Origin: Macrostomum hystrix
Lineage: Eukaryota > Animalia > Platyhelminthes
Direction: 5' to 3'
DNA: 64,000 nucleotides
Assembly (NCBI GenBank): GCA_950097015.1
Contig: CATNEN010000038.1
Coordinates: 29,512,001 to 29,576,000, forward strand
Part shown: piece after piece, positions 24,860 through 36,154 of the stretch
How the letters are laid out: each line of letters begins with the position of its first letter
How positions within the stretch are numbered: position 1 is the stretch's first letter
Notes under the pieces: generated by a model
What the model was told of the DNA's origin: nothing
Databases searched by the model: none
What the model saw: the letters and a program-made list of their open reading frames with translations, nothing else
Program-made: the position numbers and the translations under genes

Positions 24860-25915
24860 TCTGCTGGACTGAAGTTCTAGCAGCCTGAAGTTTCAGCTGC
24901 CTGAAGTTTTAGCTGCCTGAAGTTTCAGCTGCCTGAAGTTTCAGCTGACTGAAGTTTTAGCTGCCTGAAGTTTTAGCTGACTGAAGTTCTAGTTGCCTGA
25001 AGTTTCAGCTGACTGAAGTTCTAGTTGCCTGAAGTTTCAGCTGACTGAAGTTCTAGTTGCCTGAAGTTTCAGCTGACTGAAGTTCTATTTGCCTGAAGTT
25101 TCAGCTGACTGAAGTTCTAGTTGCCTGAAGTTTCAGCTGACTGAAATTCTATTTGCCTGAAGTTTTAGCTGCTTGAAGTTTCAGTTGCCTGAAGTTTCAG
25201 CTGACTGAAGTTCTAGTTGCCTGAAGTTTCAGCTGACTGAAGTTCTATTTGCCTGAAGTTTCAGCTGACTGAAGTTCTAGTTGCCTGAAGTTTCAGCTGA
25301 CTGAAGTTCTATTTGCCTGAAGTTTTAGCTGCTTGAAGTTTCAGTTGCCTGAAGTTTCAGCTGACTGAAGTTCTAGTTGCCTGAAGTTTCAGCTGACTGA
25401 AGTTCTAGTTGCCTGAAGTTTCAGCTGACTGAAGTTCTATTTGCCTCAAGTTTTAGCTGCCTGAAGTTCTAGTTGCCTGAAGTTTCAGCTGCCTGAAGTA
25501 CTAGTTGCCTGAAGTTTCAGCTTAAGCTAAACAATCTAGGACTGAAGTTCTAGCTGCCTGAAGTTTCAGCTGACTGAAGTTCTAGTTGCCTGAAGTTTCA
25601 GCTGACTGAAGTTCTAGTTGCCTGAAGTTTCAGCTGACTGAAGTTCTATTTGCCTGAAGTTTTAGCTGCTTGAAGTTTCAGTTGCCTGAAGTTTCAGCTG
25701 ACTGAAGTTCTAGTTGCCTGAAGTTTCAGCTGACTGAAGTTCTAGTTGCCTAAAGTTTCAGCTGACTGAAGTTCTAGTTGCCTGAAGTTTCAGCTGACTG
25801 AAGTTCTATTTGCCTGAAGTTTTAGCTGCTTGAAGTTTCAGTTGCCTGAAGTTTTAGCTACCTGAAGTTCGAGCAGCCTGAAGTTTCAGCAGCCTGAAGT
25901 TCTAGAAGTTGCAGA
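24860..25915 (+). repeat. 16-bp minisatellite (gcctgaagtttcagct / gactgaagttctagtt) with 32-bp dimer structure
   Basis: About 60 tandem units, with an interruption near 25520. Confidence 0.95.
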
Positions 25916-26051
25916 AGCTTAAAAAGTCAGGTCTCTAAAGCCTTTCGCTTCATAGAGATTTTCGAATAATATAAAATACAACTCTAGTCAACTTAATACA
26001 AACAAAGGATTTATTAAACAGCATTATGAATGAAAACTTGTCAAAGTAAAA

Positions 26052-27222
26052 TTAAGCGACTAACAGCAGAAACAGTTTGTCACCCCTGTAAGTCACAGGT
26101 CTACAGGACACTAGCATGTGAGGCCTTCCAATGAATTTCGCGGCGCCTAGCAACCCGATCAGCTGACTCAGCCCGGTGGGGTAGAACTGCAGAACGACCA
26201 GGCCACCGGGAATCACCAGACGCGTCAGGTTGCTTAGCAACAGAGAAGCATCTGATTGGCCAGCTAGCAGGCACTGCAGTACGGACACTGACACGGCTGC
26301 GTCAGCGATGCCAGAACGAATCGGCCAATGATGACCGGCGGACAGGTCGCAGCGAACCTGCAGGTGGCACGGAGACACCTGTCTATGACCGAAATCGCCC
26401 GGCAGACAAAGATCCAAGCCGAGCGCGTTCAGGCCTGCTGGCAGGCGAAATCTGGCGCCGCAGCCAATGTCAACGACTAGCGAACAACTCGACGATGGCG
26501 ACACGCCAGCCAGAGCCATGACTGTGCTGTATAGTGACTGTTGAATATGTTCAGTCCTGGGCGAGACTAAGTCATCATGGGAAAATGTGCTGGCCCTGCA
26601 GTCTGGGAGGAATGATGAATAATCTCGATCAATTCTGAGCTCGAATTTAAACAGATCCCGAATCTGACCAACCAGATCCCGAATCCAACCAACCAGATCC
26701 CGAATCCAATCAAACAGATCCCGAATCCAATCAAACAGATCCCGAATCCGACCAACCAGATCCCGTATCCAACCAACCAGATCCCGTATCCAACCAAACA
26801 GATCCCGAATCCAACCAAACAGATCCCGAATCCAATCAAACAGATCCCGAATCCAACCAAACAGATCCCGAATCCAACCAAACAGATCCCGAATCCAATC
26901 AAACAGATCCCGAATCCAACCAAACAGATCCCGAATCCAATCAAACAGATCCCGAATCCAACCAAACAGATGCCGAATCCCACCAGATTCCGTACCAACC
27001 TGCCTGACGATTCTCCGGCCGTCGCGGACTGCTCACTCTGCGTAGGCGGCGCACCAGATGGCGCCAACACGGCGCCAGTTTGACGGGCTCCGGCAGGGCG
27101 AGATGGCAGCGCAGCCGGTCGAGAGCTGAGATCAGCTGCAGTGGCTCAGCAAAGCAACCACAGCTAGCAGTGGGGAAAATTACAGCGGAAGCAGCCGAAA
27201 CTGATTTGGACGCTAGGCCCAT
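26052..27222 (-). CDS. Divergent BUD23/WBSCR22-like class I SAM-dependent methyltransferase, ~257 aa; exons 27222-27000 and 26602-26052
   Basis: SPRTEHIQQSLYSTVMALA...LVVDIGCG, WPIRSGIADAAVSVSVLQCL and LVIPGGLVVLQFYP parallel BUD23 motifs. Phase-1 GT-AG intron keeps frame. True start uncertain. Confidence 0.7.
26649..26995 (+). repeat. 21-bp minisatellite (aaacagatcccgaatccaacc) making up most of the methyltransferase intron
   Basis: About 16 units within intron 26603-26999. Confidence 0.95.
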
Positions 27223-27374
27223 CGACTAATGCAACTGATTGATTGATTTTTTTCGGCTCTATCGAACAGAAAAACCGCTTCAGATGCTAATAGGCTGAGG
27301 GTTGTTAGAAGTCAAAGTCTGTTACAGGGTGTTTGACGTTTAGGATTTTGAGGTTGTTAGATATCCAGGATCTT

Positions 27375-27747
27375 AAGGGTGTTAGATAGCTAGGATCTTG
27401 AGGGTGTTAGATAGCTAGGATCTTGAGGGTGTTAGATAGCTAGGATCTTGAGGGTGCTAGATAGCTAGGATCTTGAGGGTGCTAGATAGCTAGGATCTTG
27501 AGGGTGTTAGATAGCTAGGATCTTGAGGGTGTTAGATAGCTAGGATCTTGAGGGTGTTAGATAGCTAGGATCTTGAGGGTGTTAGATAGCTAGGATCTTG
27601 AGGGTGTTAGATAGCTAGGATCTTGAGGGTGTTAGATAGCTAGGATCTTGAGGGTGTTAGATAGCTAGGATCTTGAGGGTGTTAGATAGCTAGGATCTTG
27701 AGGGTGTTAGATAGCTAGGATCTTGAGGGTGTTAGATAGCTAGGATC
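27375..27747 (+). repeat. 25-bp minisatellite (agggtgttagatagctaggatcttg)
   Basis: About 15 near-perfect units. Confidence 0.97.
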
Positions 27748-28087
27748 GCAGTTCCCGAGGCTTAAAAGAACAAGGAGGCGAAATAAATTTAAGGTCTGTA
27801 CATTTATCTGTATAGTTCCGTCAGTCATATAACAGGTAATCAAATGTGAGAATATTAATCGCTATTTTATTGCACTCTAGTATTGAACTCGACACCGCGA
27901 AGTAAAAGCAAGCAAAAAAATATGACGACTATATTAGAAAATAAAACTATTAATTTTTTGCACAAATAAAGCTATAGGGTTTATTATCACGGATAAAACT
28001 CTCGGAGATGTGATTCTAAAATTCATCCTTTATTAATCAAAATTAAATTCTAACAAAAATTCTAAATGAACCGGACCTAACCGTAAG

Positions 28088-28965
28088 TGGGAAATACACA
28101 AAAACTCCATGGGGAATCCCACGTTCTCAAAACAACATTATGGGGAATCCCACGTTCTCACAACAACTTTATGGGGAATCGCAGCCTCGCACAACAACAT
28201 TATAGGGAATCCCACCCTCGCACAACAACATTATGGGGAATCCCACCCTCGCACAACAACATTATAGGGAATCCCACCCTCGCACAACAACTTTATGGGG
28301 AATCCCACGTTCTCACAACAACATTATGGGGAATCCCAACCTCGCACAACATCTTCATGTGATTCCCACCCTGTCACAACAACTACATGGGGAATCCTAC
28401 CTTCTCACAACGACTACATGGGGAATCTCACCTTCTGAAAACAACTTCATGAGGAATCCTACCCTCTCACAACAACTTTATGGGGAATCCCACTCTCGCA
28501 CAACAGCGTTTATGGGGAATCTCACCCTCGCACAACAATATTATGGGGAATCTCACCCTCGCACAACAATATTATGGGGAATCACAACCTCTCACAACAA
28601 CTTTATGGGGAATCCCAAACTCGCACAACATCTTCATGGGGATTCCCACCCTCTCACAATTCCTACATGGGGAATCCCACCTTCTGACAATAACTACATG
28701 GGGAATCCCACCTTTTGACAATAACTACATGGGGAATCCCACCTTCTGACAATAACTACATGGGGAATCCCACCTTCTGACAATAACTACATGGAGAATC
28801 CCACCTTCTCACAACAACTACATGGAGAATCTCACCCTAGCACAACAACTTCATGGGGAATCTCACCCTAGCACAACAACTACATGGAGAATCTCACCCT
28901 AGCACAACAATTTCATGGGGAATCTCACCCTAGCACAACAACTTCATGGGGAATCTCACTCTCTT
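28088..28965 (+). repeat. 31-bp minisatellite (atggggaatcccaccctcgcacaacaact..)
   Basis: About 28 diverged tandem units. Confidence 0.93.
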
Positions 28966-29645
28966 ACTTCGAAGAAGATGGGGAATTCCAGCCGCGCATT
29001 AAAACGTACAAAGGGAACCCGGCCCGCCGCCAAAAAATATGGTAATCCCTCAGTATACTGAGCAATTGTCACTGAGGCAATTAAACATACGTATGAAATC
29101 TAGCGAACAAAATCCACGAGCAAAGAAAATCCGGAAAAGCAAAAACGTGTTTGGGAATTTCAATCCCCGCTTTAAAACAAAAGCATTTGAAAATTCTAAA
29201 TGAGCGACATGAATAGACAAATAATGTAAGTACTTATTTAGAAAATGCCTAACAAACTAACATAAAATTGGGGTGTAAAATTAGTAAAAGTAATATTTGG
29301 CTAGAAGCTGAAAAAAACTACACGACAAGGTAAATAGGTGGAATCACAATGGACTATAATAAAAATTAAAACAGTGCCGATACCAATAAATAAAACCATG
29401 CTGGAAGCCAATCACCAATTTTTATTTGCACTTAAAAAAGGAGGCAAGATACATATTGGTCACTAAAAAATTAAAAAAATCAACAAAAAACTTCAAATAT
29501 CTTATCGATGCTACTGACAAATGGAACAGTAGCCAAGGACGCTTTTTGCATGACTGCATCTTTAAAAAATAGGCATACTATCACCAAGAAAATAGCTCAA
29601 TAATTTCCAATTCTAAAGAAGTGTTTCTCTTACATTTTTGGAAGA

Positions 29646-32600
29646 TCAAAATCGCTTTTTGTGCTCATCTAGACTCACTCCGCCGGGTCCTACGGCAACA
29701 ACTAGCAGTAGGCCGCCAATCACGGACATTGTCTGGAAAAAATCGAATCGCATCACATCCCGCCTAGACGATGTGGCGGCGTGAGTCCACCACGGATTAG
29801 CCACAATGTTTATGATGAGCAGTTTTAATGAGGCGACTAGGGCGCATAGTTTAGTTTTATAACCGACTGCTATAAGTAGCACTAGTAGTGCATCGATGCA
29901 GAAATTCGCCATATAGAACACGGTGTCAAACCTAGCTAGGGTGGCCAGCATCAGCAGTACCAGCAGTCGGCCAGACAGCAGCAGCCAACGACGATGCCGG
30001 CCGCCTTCGCCAGTGCTGGGTAGTCCGGCAAACAGGCTGCGAGACTCCACCCTGCGGTTGGAAAACACGAGAAACTGAAGGTTAATCTGGTGGGCTAGGA
30101 CAAGTAAAAAAGGGGAAAGAGCGATCCAAAAAGATTAACTGAGTGAGAGCAAACAGCACAGAAGCATCAGGGGTGAGGGCGTCCCTGAAAGTTCAGGGGT
30201 GAGAGTCTTTGAAGATAAGGGGGATAGCGACAAAGAATGTTAAGGGGTGGGGGCCATTGGTTCAGAGCGGCCATGAAGGTTCAGGGGTGAGAGCGGCCAT
30301 GAAAATTAAGGGGTGAGAGCGGTCATGAAGGTTCAGGGGTGAGAGCGGCCATGAAGGTTCAGGGGTGAGGGCGGCCAAAAATGTTCAGGGGTAAGAGTGT
30401 CCATGAAGGTTCAGGGGTGAGAGCGGCCAAGAAGGTTCAGGGGTAAGAGTGTCCATGAAGGTTCAGGGGTGAGGGCGGCCAAAAATTTTCAGGGGTAAGA
30501 GTGTCTATGAAGGTTCAGGGGTGAGGGCGGCAAAAAATGTTCAGGGGTAAGAGTGCCCATGAAGATTCAGGGGTGAGAGCGGCCAAGAAGGTTCAGGGGT
30601 GAGAGCGGCCAAGAAGGTTAAGGGGTGAGGGCGGCCAAGAAGGTTCAGGGGTGAGAGCGGCCAAGAAGTTTCAGGGGTGAGAGCGGCTAAGAAGGTTCAG
30701 GGGTGAGAGCGGCCAAGAAACAGCCTTTCAGGGGTGAGAAACTAAAGGATTTAGGAGGAGAAATAGCTTTTCAACAATATCATGGGTGGGAGCGGCCATC
30801 ATGAAAGATCAAAGTGAGCATTTGCAAGCAAATTCGGAAGAACAAACCAACCTCGACTCAACAAACAGCAGCAGAACACCGCCGCCAATGGCTAGATTGC
30901 GCAACAGAAAGTTAGACTGCCACAGAATCTGATAGGCCACAGACTGCAGCAATAGTACAATGGCTAGCATAGCGCATGCTATAGCTACCCGGCAACGAAA
31001 CAGAACCATAGCGCAGCCAATCAGCTGCAGGCTCATGTTAGCCAGTACAAAAGCGTGTCCAGCAACTGACGGAGCATTCCATTCGTGCTGAAAATATTCA
31101 CTCTGATCAGACCACTGCACCCACATACGGATGCCATCTTCCAGGTAGGTGCTAATCAGACAAAGTCGGGCTACAGTAGGCAGCAGATGCTTGCTGCGGC
31201 GTAGAACCTGTTTGAAAGGTTTGTTTTTTTAAAGGTTCTTTTATATAGAATAATGTTGTGGGAATCAATATATTTGACTACAGTCTAATGCTGTTTTTAA
31301 CTAATAGCTGACAGTTAATAACTCTTTCTTAGAAGTTTTAAAACCCTTCAATACTGCTGACAAACTAAGTCCATATGAATGACTAGACTAGTTTTTTGGA
31401 CCCAGATTCTACACAATTTTGCAACTTAAATCTGGTGCTTCAGAATGTTTTGCTTTAGCTAATTGTCATTAATTATAACTATTTTTTATCTATATTCACA
31501 ATTTTGCATACATATTATTGTGACAGTGTTATTTCTGAAATTTTATTAAATTAAGAAAATTAAAAAAGTGGGGTTTTGATCCTCAGATAAAACACTGACC
31601 AAATTAAATTGCTACTAAGAATTTAAGATAAAATACTAGGCAAATCAAAGGCTATATTGCTTTACAAGACTGGCCTTTTATCTGTTAATGATTGGTTTAT
31701 CATATTTTTTTAAGTTAAAACTTTATCATACAAGATCTGATCGGCATTCTTACAAAAGCTATTTAAATATTTTTGGGTATTTTTCTTTACCAAAAACTTG
31801 TTTTTATCTATATGTAGAACTGACTATTATACAAACCGATATTTTTGATAGCCAAATCTATTATGTCAAGACAGGAAAGTGTACATTTTTATTAGGCATA
31901 GCTATGAGACTTAACTATTGTACTTGTTTGTCATGAATAGGCCTAGGCTACAACAAGAAATGCATATACACAAGTTATTACTGTGTAATCAAGGGTCTAA
32001 ATTAAATATTTGACCATTTAAACAGAGAGGAGACTAGCTATTTATTCCCATAATAAATGTACTAATGAAAATAATGGCAATAACAGCAGACACTATCACT
32101 ATTACCAGTTTATCTATATCAGCATTAAAATAATAAAAGTAAATAATATTATGCTTAAAGAAGTCAATATTTGGTTGTGAAGCATTTAGAAAATTAACAA
32201 TGAACATTAATTAAGAAAAATTTTGTTTCATTGAAATGTCTTTAGACTAGAGGCTTTAGATTGATATAGACCTATTAAAAATAGCCACTTAAATGACATG
32301 CCTACAGCAATATTCTCACTTACTAGGCCTAGCTGGTATTTGACATCAAAACATTTTCTGACCAGAAGTCCTAATTCCTAAAAGTATAATTAGCACATTG
32401 TGGTATTGCTATAGCAACTCTAGCTAGATCCATAAGAAACTAACTTGGAATATCTTCCATAAGGCCTATTGTACTGCATGGTAGTTAGCACACTGAACTA
32501 TAACTCAAAGTCTCAATGCTAAAACTCAAATAGGGCCCTACCCCTAGGCCCTACTAGACTGGACATGAAAGAAAGTAGGGCCTAGGCTACCCTAGCTATC

Positions 32601-32739
32601 TAGATTCTATATAGGCCTAGATACCAAGCTTGATAGCTGTGTGACAAAAACACACCCCTTGACTTACCTTATCAGCCAATTCTTCCATTTTGTCAATGTA
32701 GTCAGTTCTACTTTGATTATTATGACGAATAGAAGACAT
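29646..32739 (-). CDS. SURF4: Surfeit locus protein 4 (ER cargo receptor, Erv29 family), ~277 aa; exons 32739-32668, 31207-30852, 30051-29646
   Basis: KHLLPTVARLCLISTYLEDGIRMWVQWSDQ, RNLAIGGGVLLL, RSLFAGLP, GYKTKL, FDFFQTMSVIGGLLLVVAVGPGGVSLDEHKKRF (C-terminal KKxx). Frame-preserving splice sites. Confidence 0.96.
30165..30740 (+). repeat. 26-bp minisatellite (gaaggttcaggggtgagagcggccaa) in SURF4 intron 2
   Basis: About 21 tandem units. Confidence 0.93.
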
Positions 32740-34477
32740 TCTCTAAATCAGACAAGCAAGCTAATGACGTTTATATTCAGCAAAAATAACCAGCAATAAT
32801 GCCCAATAAAAAAAACAAGTCGAAGTCAAAGAAAGCTGCAAATATGATTATAGCATTAAGGTTAGCGGAGCAGAAACTTTTCTTCAATATGGGAAAGAGA
32901 AGGACTAGGTTGCATAAAAATGTCACACTTAGCAGAATATCTAAATAAATATTTACCGGCAACTTTTTATAATTGCTCGAGTGATAAAATTATAAAGTGC
33001 GTGCGTGGGCTCTTTCGCTGAATCAGAGATTTAAAATTAAAATTAAATTTCGAAGCTTAACCTCATAAAAACAAGTACTTATTTTACAAGAAGCGAAGGG
33101 TTTTTCTTTTTTATCTAGTTGATCTATTGTTTTGATATTTAATTTTATAATCTCATTTTATAAAACATAAAAGATGCACATAATCTAATCTGAATGCTAT
33201 AGTCCGGAGTTATTCGTAAAGCAAAAAGTCTGGCCTTTATTCGTTCAACGTTTATTTTACAAACCTCTGTTTGCTCTGTTCACACATCGATAAATTGCTT
33301 AGTTAAAGGTTTTGTTATTGTTGGCATATTATTGATTTTATGTGTTACGTTTATTAGAATGTGTTTATGCACAGTCCATTTAATTGCCACGGCCAAGCTA
33401 GTCTATATAACGAGCACACTATCGAGCCCCACAGAAGGATCAAGTTAAGGACGACTGAAATGTCGTTTATAGTCCTTGAGTAGTCTACTTAAGTAGTCCT
33501 TGAGAAGGATATGGCATGGTCTACTGTTTTACCTTGCAACATACTTGAAGAGTTGAGTTCTGACAGTCCGCCTGAGCTTTAGGGTCAAAATTAAGTCTAT
33601 AAGTCTATAGGCCCCCCTAGGTCATAGTAGAAGTCCCTTGAACCGCAATGTTACTGCCGTCTCAAAGCGAAACTAAAAATGCGCCATTACCGGACCTTGG
33701 ATGTAATTAGGTGCTCCACAATGCAAATGATCAAGAAATAAGAAAGAGACCGCACAGAACAAATCTGGACGATAACTTTGGTAAGCGCTAGGGGATGAAT
33801 TCAGGTAAAATTCGAAATAATTAATTGTCATTTACTTTTTGCCCTCGGCCACGTTCTCTTGTGGACAATTGCTCCTTCTGTCTCAGCGCTGTCAGCGCTG
33901 CTCCGCCAAATCCTAGCAGCACCACTTCTGCCTTCTTCTTCGAAGACAACATGTACTTTTACTCACTTTTAGCAACATGCAGCTGCCGACCCTGGAGGAC
34001 AGCCGGAATTAATGTGCTTTGTTTATAATTAGCCACTTCTGGTGGACAAAAACGGACAGGGGCAGTTTCTCGCCTAGAGTGCGTATATATATTTATACTT
34101 TCGAGCTATATTAAAATATTGCAAAAGTCTTATTACATGCACGAGCATATCGTATGTAAAAGTAAAACACAAAAAGCCACGAATTACATCACATAAAATC
34201 CGTACGTTGACGGATTTAAATCCCCTAAAATCCCCTAAAATGACGGTTTTATTGCTAAATTCTACGGCCCAAACATCCAGGGTTCAAATATCTATCAGCT
34301 ACAGTATATGGCATTTAGGGGGGAGAGCCTCGAACAAGACTGTCCTGCATAATGAAAAAATCATGGAAAACTTTGTTTGATAGAAAATTTCGTCTATGGC
34401 TAAGCCATAGACAAAATATGTTTAGGCTGACTTTTGAGCCCTAAATAGGATAGTTTGGCGAAGGCCAAAATCTGTAG

Positions 34478-34766
34478 GGTGCCCCTGAACCATCATTGGT
34501 CGGCTGATTGGTTCGAGTCGCCTCTCGAGCATCTTCCTCAGAGCCTCTCATGCTCTAGCTCCAGTAGAGAACTGTCGTCTTTCAGGATGTCGTTGCAAGC
34601 CGTGAACTCAAGGATCGGCTCCGTCCTGGGCTGTCTTTTGAATCTCAGCAGCCAGGTGAGACGGATGCCGAAGTCGAGTTTGGAGCTGCGAAGAAGAGCG
34701 AAGGTGGTCGAACAGTCGAACACCGCTTCTCTCGGCTTTACACAAAAATTAAAGCCGATTTGCGAG
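34478..34766 (+). CDS. Possible exon of an unidentified gene divergent from SURF4
   Basis: GC-rich open stretch bounded by tgtag| and |gtaaga; other exon-like pieces at ~33650-33950 and ~35250-35410. No motif recognised. Confidence 0.3.
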
Positions 34767-36154
34767 GTAAGATCGCTCGTAATGATAAACTGTTATTTAG
34801 AATAGCACGCTTCATTAGATGTTAATTGACACTATAGCAGGTGGGATCGTACTATATAAAACTTTCGTAAGTAAATTAGTTTGGTGTTAGCATTGTAAAT
34901 ATTAACCCATAAGAATAAATCTTCCGACTTAAATGCACACTAAAAGAACGGCCTATTGTGTGCGACACTAATGACAAGCCGTACAATGGTGCAGCCATAC
35001 AGGCAAGAGGATGCATCTATTGTGAATCGATCTGTACGTCCGGTCATTTCTCAAACAAGGGGGATGTCAACTTAAGGCTCTAGAATGGAGCCCGAGGTCG
35101 ATCCTCGAACCAACCTGACTGAAGTCAGTATTGCTGGTTGATCCAGACGACTGGAAACGCCGAAACATGTCACCCCAGTCCTTCCCGCCGGCCATGTGGA
35201 TTTCGTGTCAACTTAAAGCTCTAGAATTAATGGTGCCCGAAGTCTGGCGTGAGAGATCCCCCTGAGTATGTGCCAGTATGTGCTTCGGGGTCAGCGGAAT
35301 GTGCATAACTCCTCGCTAGACAGGTCGACTGTCGACAAAACGATGTGACAAAACGATGTGAACTTCTCGTTTGACTTGTACAGAAACAGCTCTATGCGGA
35401 AATGGCGGCATTCAAAGCACTGAATGTACTTTATAAACTTTACTGGCTGATAAGAAACAAGACGTGTTTTAACTAAAAAGAACTGACTGTTCGGTAAAAT
35501 GCTTGGGTAAGCAGAAATGAGCCATAGCTTTAGAAACTGTGTACATCTGATAGGAACTGAACCCTGGGTTATCTGGGTGCAAAACGTGACTTTATGCTCT
35601 TTTTGCGAATTTAGTAAAATGGGGTTTTAATTGGTGGAATCAAAGCACAAGTCAAGGAAAATTAAACAAGGCCAAGTTTAGCAATTTTAGGGTGACGAAT
35701 TAAATTAATTAAACTCATAATCTCACCAAAAAAGTTACGACCTATGTCATTTAAAAAGCGATTCCAAACTGAATACTAAGGTCAGGACACACCAGCATCA
35801 CGGGCCATGTGTTTTATTTATATCATGGCCTCTAAAACGCGTCGAAAGTTGGAAGTTATGTGCGACAGCGAATAGTCTGGGACAGACAAAAATCGATAAA
35901 GCGATAAGAGGGTGTGGTATGAATGTACTCATGACGTCTGAATGTACTCTGCATGTACAGCGATCAGAACAGGCTCGAGGGACTAATTCTAGCTCTATTT
36001 CTGACACGATATCTTTGAGCAGCAGAATTTAAAGTATTTATTTGTCAATACGAGGCATATAATGAACTGGTCCCACAGGTTTTTAGACTCGCGTTAAGAC
36101 TAAATAGAAGTTTCACAGTGACATTGCTTTATTAAAGACTTCGTGCCGTATTAC

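Noticed and set aside
26567-27070. (FGICLVG)n membrane-like ORF, and similar ORFs at 8341, 12576, 20189, 21477 and 28087-28749
   Set aside because: Chance open frames across minisatellites.
35066-35245. Possible hammerhead ribozyme or Penelope end (cagacga...ccgaaac) between short direct repeats
   Set aside because: The core is not CUGAnGA and convincing stems could not be built.
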